Positions 34,762-38,957 of a stretch of DNA of 38,957 nt are shown piece by piece. The notes below the pieces were generated by a model. It was not told the origin of the DNA. It did not search any database and saw only the letters and a program-made list of their open reading frames with translations. Both the position numbers and the translations under genes were made by a program. The stretch spans positions 1 through 38,957 of the forward strand of contig JAGWLG010000034.1 in the NCBI GenBank assembly GCA_028864975.1, read 5' to 3'. Source of the stretch: Thermoplasmata archaeon (GTDB lineage: Archaea > Thermoplasmatota > Thermoplasmata > Lutacidiplasmatales > UBA184). The stretch's first letter is position 1, and each line of letters begins with the position of its first letter.

Positions 34762-35613
34762 TTGAAGAAGGGTCCGGGGGAACGCTCCCCTGCCATGGTG
34801 CGAAGCGAGGGAGCCCACCTCCCCGAGCGGCATCGCGATGACGGTCCTCGGGGCGGGAGCCAGCGATCCCCCCCGAGCACCCTCCTCGCCCCGTGGTCGG
34901 CGCGGGAGAGGCGTTTCGGGTCCCCTGCTCCCGCGCCGCGTCGTCGCCACTCCCGCCGTTCGAGGACCCTGCTGTTCGCCGCAGCCTCGCTGCTCGTCCT
35001 GGCGGGGGCCGTAGTGGGGCGCTCGACGCTCGCTCCGTCCTTAACCGGGTCCTTCGAGCTCCCGGCGGATTCGCTCTCCCCGGGGATGGCTGGGGGTAGC
35101 CAGCTCTCCGTCGGATCGGGCGGCCAGACCGCCGACCTCACGCTCTGGTCTGCGGCCGGTGCCCCCACCTACTTCTTCCCGGCCCTCGTCTTCGTGGTCC
35201 AGGCCTCTTCCCCTCCGCAGGGAGGAAGCGTGAGGGGCACGATCGCCGTTGCGCTCGACCCCGGATCGGGATCCCTCCGCGCCGGAGAGGAGCTCTACGC
35301 GCTCGTCGGGCCTTACGAGGGCTTGTCGTCGACCACCCTGGGAGGCGGTCCTCTCGTGCCAGGCGGAGCCTTGAGGGCCCCCTCGGCCGACACCAACTCC
35401 TTGTCCCCCCTAGGGGTGATCTCGTATGGCATGGACCTTGGACCAGGGGGCGTCGCGTGGGTGGGTTCGACCTCCTCGGTGGCCTTCTCCCTCCCCTCGG
35501 GCGGCGAAGCGTCCCTTGCGCTGGAGGTGGGCGTCCTGCTCGGCGGCGGCGAGGCACGTCCCTCCCAGGTTTCCTTCACCCTCACGGTCATGCTGAGCTC
35601 CCCCCCGGTGTGA
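34762..35613 (+). CDS. Single-TM-anchored hypothetical extracellular protein
   Basis: Arg-rich N-terminus, TM LLFAAASLLVLAGAVVG, then a Gly/Ser-rich beta domain. The start may be ATG 34795. Confidence 0.6.
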   Translation: MKKGPGERSPAMVRSEGAHLPERHRDDGPRGGSQRSPPSTLLAPWSARERRFGSPAPAPRRRHSRRSRTLLFAAASLLVLAGAVVGRSTLAPSLTGSFELPADSLSPGMAGGSQLSVGSGGQTADLTLWSAAGAPTYFFPALVFVVQASSPPQGGSVRGTIAVALDPGSGSLRAGEELYALVGPYEGLSSTTLGGGPLVPGGALRAPSADTNSLSPLGVISYGMDLGPGGVAWVGSTSSVAFSLPSGGEASLALEVGVLLGGGEARPSQVSFTLTVMLSSPPV

Positions 35614-35699
35614 CCTCACCGCACCTCGGAGCTTGGGGGGCGTGGCGATTTTCCGTGGAAACATTGCGCAGCGCGAATATCCCCTCCGGGCTCCAAGAA

Positions 35700-35759
35700 C
35701 GGTCGAGGTGGGCTTCGCAGCTCGCTACCGGAATCCCCTCGGTACGACCGGGCCCACTC
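35700..35759 (+). ncRNA. Candidate structured RNA with crossing stems (pseudoknot or alternative fold), class unknown
   Basis: CGGTCG (35700-35705) pairs with CGACCG (35745-35750); GTGGGC (35708-35713) pairs with GCCCAC (35752-35757); nested TACCG/CGGTA hairpin; directly followed by T8. Confidence 0.35.
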
Positions 35760-35781
35760 TTTTTTTTCCCCGCTTTTTTTT
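35760..35781 (+). terminator. Double oligo-T (T8, T8) archaeal-type terminator
   Basis: T runs at 35760-35767 and 35774-35781 in otherwise GC-rich sequence. Confidence 0.65.
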
Positions 35782-36124
35782 CTTCAGGGGACTGGACTCC
35801 GCCGGCCCGAAGCACTTCCGCCTTGGGGTGAACGGCTCAGCAGAGAATGCCCCGGGCCCGTCGTTTTCGACCTTCCGAGTGGCTCGCAGCTTTTCTCGAG
35901 GGCGACGCGGGGCTCGCAGCTGCCTCTTGCGTGTCCGTCCCTTTGGGGGTCATCCCTCGAGGACCGCCCGGGATCCCTGCCCAGGCCGTGGAAGGGGTGG
36001 AAGGCGTGGGCCGGTGCGACGCGCTCGCACTCGGACCGAGAAGTTCGAAGATGAGCGCCCGGACCCTCGTGGGATTCCGTTTCAGAACCCCTTCTTGATA
36101 GGCCACCCGTCCCAACGCGTGGTC

Positions 36125-36355
36125 ATGAGCGAAGTCGAGAGCCTCGCGCCCCTGGAACTGCTCGAGCCGACGGTCGTGGACGCCACGATGGCCAACTGCC
36201 CTGTGTGCTTCGCCCAGGTCGGCATCGCCGAGCCCACCTGCCCGCACTGCGGGGCGATCTTCGAGGAAGAGCTAGCGATGTGTGCAGAGTGCTGGAGCCG
36301 CGTGCCGATCGCCTCACGGCGCTGCGAGACCTGCGGAGCGGTCCTGCTGCAATAG
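36125..36355 (+). CDS. Double zinc ribbon protein
   Basis: CPVC...CPHCG...CAEC...CETCG (four CxxC); TATA-like CTTGATA about 28 bp upstream of ATG 36125. Confidence 0.8.
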   Translation: MSEVESLAPLELLEPTVVDATMANCPVCFAQVGIAEPTCPHCGAIFEEELAMCAECWSRVPIASRRCETCGAVLLQ

Positions 36356-36603
36356 GGCGCCTGCGCCCTAACGAGCGCCTATTCGACGGGCCCCTCGCCA
36401 CTTCCCCCCAGGGTCGAGAGTGGCCCGCCCGAGTGCGGGCCAATGCGCATGTGGGCAGATTCTCCACGGAAAATCCTGCGTGGGTCCTTCACCTCTGGCC
36501 GTGCCGGGCCCGTAGGAGGTGGCTTCGATGGACCCGAACCCCGGTTCGAGCTGGCCGTAGATTCGCCCCAGAGCGGGCGGAGGACGAGGGAGTCCCCGCC
36601 CGA

Positions 36604-38892
36604 CTATGTTTTTTCTTGTGCGTGAGTGCTCTTTCCCGTCGGGCCGCCGGGCGGCCTTTGGTCGGTCCGTCCGCGCGCAGCCCTCAGCGCGTCCAACGCA
36701 AAGCGGATGTCCGCCTCGCGTCCCCCCTCGCGCGCCAGTCGGACCGCCCTCTGCGCGGTCTTGACCGCCCGGGTGCGGTCGCCACCCGTGCGCAGGATCT
36801 CCGACAGGTTCGCGAGGGTCCGCCCCACGAGCGATCGGTCGGCGGCGGTCTCCGCCTGGATTAGCGCCTCCTCGGCGTACGAAAGCGCCTGAGGATGACG
36901 GCTCCTCTTCCACGCCACCGAAGCCAGGCCGAGGAGCGCCACTGCGGCGCAGTTCCGCGAACCCAGGCCGCGGCACTCCTGAAGCATCCGGCGGTACCTC
37001 TCTTCGGCTTCGTCCAGTCTCTCGAGGGCCAGAAGCGCTTGAGCGGCGTCCAGCTCGAAGTGGAGGTCAAGGAAGCGGCTCCCAAGCTCGCGGGCGAGGG
37101 CCGAACCTTCTCGGTAGGATTCCAGGACCGTATCGAAGTGACCCAGCGCCCCATGGACGAACGCAAGGCCGTGCAGGGCGAGGCGCTGAAGCTCCTTCTG
37201 ACCCGTCCCAGAAGCTAGCCGTGCAGCGCGCTCGAAGTGAGGGAGGGCCGCCTCGACCTTTCCTCGGTAGGCCAGAAGCGTGCCCTCGATCAGTTCCACT
37301 GCAGGCCGCGTCTCTCGGCCGATCCTCCCCGAGCTGATCCGTGAGGCCCATGCCTCCGCCTCTTCCCGATGCCCCGCGCGTAGGTCACTCTGCACCAGCA
37401 AGCAAGCGGAGAGAAGGGCGGGATACGAGGCCGCAGGCAGGTCCTCGAGGGCCCGCTCCAAAAACGAGGCCGCCGCCACGAAGTCCCCTCCCCGCCGAAC
37501 CAGTTCCGCTGCGGTGGCGAGGGCCTGACCCCTCGCTTCTCCGCGCTCGAGGAGGTGCGCGAGCCGTAAGACGGGTTGCAGGACCCGCGCTGGCCCTTCC
37601 TCCGTGATGGCCATGCGTTCCTTTTCGAGCCATCGGGACGCGCGACCAACCTCCTCCGCCTCGATGAGATGGACGAACCTCTCTGCCGGGCCCATGGGGC
37701 CATCTTTCAGATTGGCCAGGAAGCGGTGGGCGCCACGACGTTCCTCCCCCCCGGCGGTCTCACGCAGTCTTTGGGCGAGGGGCTCCGGTACGCGAAGTCC
37801 GCTCTCGGTATTGTCCAGGATCGAACGAGAGACGAGGTCCTGAACATCTTTCGCGGCAAGGCCCGCCGAGAGCGCCAAGCTCGGTGAGGCCCTGACCCAG
37901 ACAAAGGCAAGCGGGAGGAGCGAGCGCCGCTGCTCTGCCGTGATGCTCGCGAGGACCGTGTCCGCGAAGAGCTCCTCCCCGCCGTGAGGGGCGCCGATGC
38001 CCTGACGGAGGAATCGGGGACTCCCCAAGGTCCCGCGATAGAGCTCCTCGAAACGTTCCTCGGGGAGCCCCAGCGCGTCGGTGAGGGCGAGCGCCTCCCT
38101 CCGCGAGAGACCACGGAGCACGAGGTGGGAGACCCCTGTGGGCAGCGAGAACGGCGGCTCTCGCTGTGTGATCAGGACGGCCGAATGCATGCTCCCAGGG
38201 GCGAAGGCAGCCAGGGCTTCCTTCAGCGCGAGCAGGGTCTCGGGGGGCGCATCCTGAAGCTCGTCCAGGACCATGACGATCCCCACCGGGCTGCTCCGGA
38301 CCAGATCCGAGATGCGTCCGCTCGCTGGAGGTCCGGGTAGGGAAGGGCTGGCCTCGTTCTTCCCGGACCTCCGGAGGGCCCGCACTTCGGTCGCGATCCG
38401 CGCCTCGAGCCCGGCAGGAGAGATCCCCCGCAGGGTCATCCAGATCAGCAGGCGACTGCCCCAAACGAATCGGAGAGAGCAACGGACGAGGGCGGTCTTT
38501 CCCACACCCGGGACCCCGTCCACGACGCAGAGCCCTCCGTTCTTGTAGAGTCGATGGAGCTGCTCGAGCTCCTTCGCACGGCCCACGAAGGGCTCCGCGA
38601 GTTCGGGGAGGCCTTTCGGGACCGGTATCACGTCCGCGGAAACGCGGCGAAGGGCCTCGTCGGTCAGGCGGAAGACCTGGCGTCGATAGGGTGCCCCGGG
38701 CACATGGGCCCGGACCGAGACCACGTCCCCCAAGGCCACGAGCTCCTTCAGGACCCCCCAGACCGAAGTGGGCCGGTATCCCAGCCGCTTCGCGAGGTCG
38801 TCCCGGGAGATCCCGTCCGCCGCATCTCCCGAGACCGGGCGCGTGGCCAGGAAAGCCAGGATATCCTCCCGCAAGGCTCTCAAACGGGCCAT
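36604..38892 (-). CDS. wHTH + STAND-class P-loop NTPase + TPR repeat protein (probable signal-integrating regulator)
   Basis: N-terminal ISRDDLAKRLGYRPTSVWGVLKELVALG HTH; FVGRAKEL; Walker A GVPGVGKT; Walker B VMVLDELQ; GSP motif; C-terminal TPR-like repeats. Alternative start TTG 38910. Confidence 0.85.
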   Translation of the reverse strand: MARLRALREDILAFLATRPVSGDAADGISRDDLAKRLGYRPTSVWGVLKELVALGDVVSVRAHVPGAPYRRQVFRLTDEALRRVSADVIPVPKGLPELAEPFVGRAKELEQLHRLYKNGGLCVVDGVPGVGKTALVRCSLRFVWGSRLLIWMTLRGISPAGLEARIATEVRALRRSGKNEASPSLPGPPASGRISDLVRSSPVGIVMVLDELQDAPPETLLALKEALAAFAPGSMHSAVLITQREPPFSLPTGVSHLVLRGLSRREALALTDALGLPEERFEELYRGTLGSPRFLRQGIGAPHGGEELFADTVLASITAEQRRSLLPLAFVWVRASPSLALSAGLAAKDVQDLVSRSILDNTESGLRVPEPLAQRLRETAGGEERRGAHRFLANLKDGPMGPAERFVHLIEAEEVGRASRWLEKERMAITEEGPARVLQPVLRLAHLLERGEARGQALATAAELVRRGGDFVAAASFLERALEDLPAASYPALLSACLLVQSDLRAGHREEAEAWASRISSGRIGRETRPAVELIEGTLLAYRGKVEAALPHFERAARLASGTGQKELQRLALHGLAFVHGALGHFDTVLESYREGSALARELGSRFLDLHFELDAAQALLALERLDEAEERYRRMLQECRGLGSRNCAAVALLGLASVAWKRSRHPQALSYAEEALIQAETAADRSLVGRTLANLSEILRTGGDRTRAVKTAQRAVRLAREGGREADIRFALDALRAARGRTDQRPPGGPTGKSTHAQEKT

Positions 38893-38957
38893 CGAAGGGT
38901 CTCTGCTCAAGGCCAGGAAACCTCACCCATGAACGTTCCTGTCGCGACCTTCGTCGT

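Larger units (their letters stand above)
35647..36475. repeat. Perfect 13-bp inverted repeat pair bounding an 829-bp segment
   Basis: GATTTTCCGTGGA (35647-35659) and its exact reverse complement TCCACGGAAAATC (36463-36475). Confidence 0.7.

Noticed and set aside
35700-35759. HDV-like ribozyme assignment for the crossing-stem element
   Set aside because: The stem order resembles P1-P2-P3-P3'-P1'-GG-P2', but there is no room for P4 or the J4/2 catalytic C, and 12 nt separate the would-be P2 and P3. It is kept only as an unclassified structure.
35978-36002. SRP (7S) RNA helix-8-like string CCAGGCCGTGGAAGGGG
   Set aside because: It lacks the conserved AGCA(G) of the symmetric loop and the stem does not pair; no SRP Alu domain is recognisable.
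35847-36098. 83-aa ORF as a real gene
   Set aside because: No SD or recognisable motif, and its composition is compatible with chance. It is not excluded but cannot be supported.
35633-36124. Upstream part of the 240-aa ORF 35633-36355
   Set aside because: It reads through T8 tracts and repeats as low-complexity sequence; only the zinc-ribbon part from ATG 36125 looks coding.
1-38957. CRISPR array or cas genes linked to the TnpB/Cas12f-like protein
   Set aside because: No regularly spaced 25-40-bp repeats and no cas1, cas2 or cas4 operon were seen; the nuclease has a tnpA partner, so it is called TnpB.

Overview
GC-rich prokaryotic DNA, most likely archaeal and probably Thermoplasmata-like. 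That assignment is inferred from thermopsin-type surface repeats, PKD/YVTN/Kelch surface proteins rich in N-glycosylation sequons, TATA-like boxes with leaderless starts, and U-tract terminators. The left part (1-10 kb) holds housekeeping and hypothetical genes: an RNase H-fold exonuclease, threonine synthase, a Cc1-like small basic protein, a membrane-anchored penicillin-acylase-family Ntn hydrolase, a B-box membrane protein and DUF1917. The middle (10-26.6 kb) is a cell-surface island: a Kelch-propeller/3xPKD ectodomain fused to a DppB/OppB-type ABC permease plus a DppC-type partner (no ATPase or solute-binding gene nearby), a thermopsin-repeat surface protein, an orphan beta-class DNA methyltransferase, a 1595-aa Kelch/Ig/TM protein with a probable cytoplasmic winged-helix tail, and a YVTN propeller inserted inside an Ig-like domain. 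Next come ppk2 and an IS607-family element (about 27791-30021) whose tnpA and compact, catalytically intact tnpB are separated by an inverted cargo gene with its own SD and palindromic operator-like site. The right part is a regulatory cluster (MEDS protein, atypical receiver, Lrp/AsnC, MFS), an 829-bp segment bounded by a perfect 13-bp inverted repeat that contains a candidate pseudoknotted RNA with U8 tracts and a double-zinc-ribbon gene, and a wHTH-STAND-TPR protein. No rRNA, tRNA or CRISPR array was seen. All family calls come from motif recognition by eye; no database searches were run.
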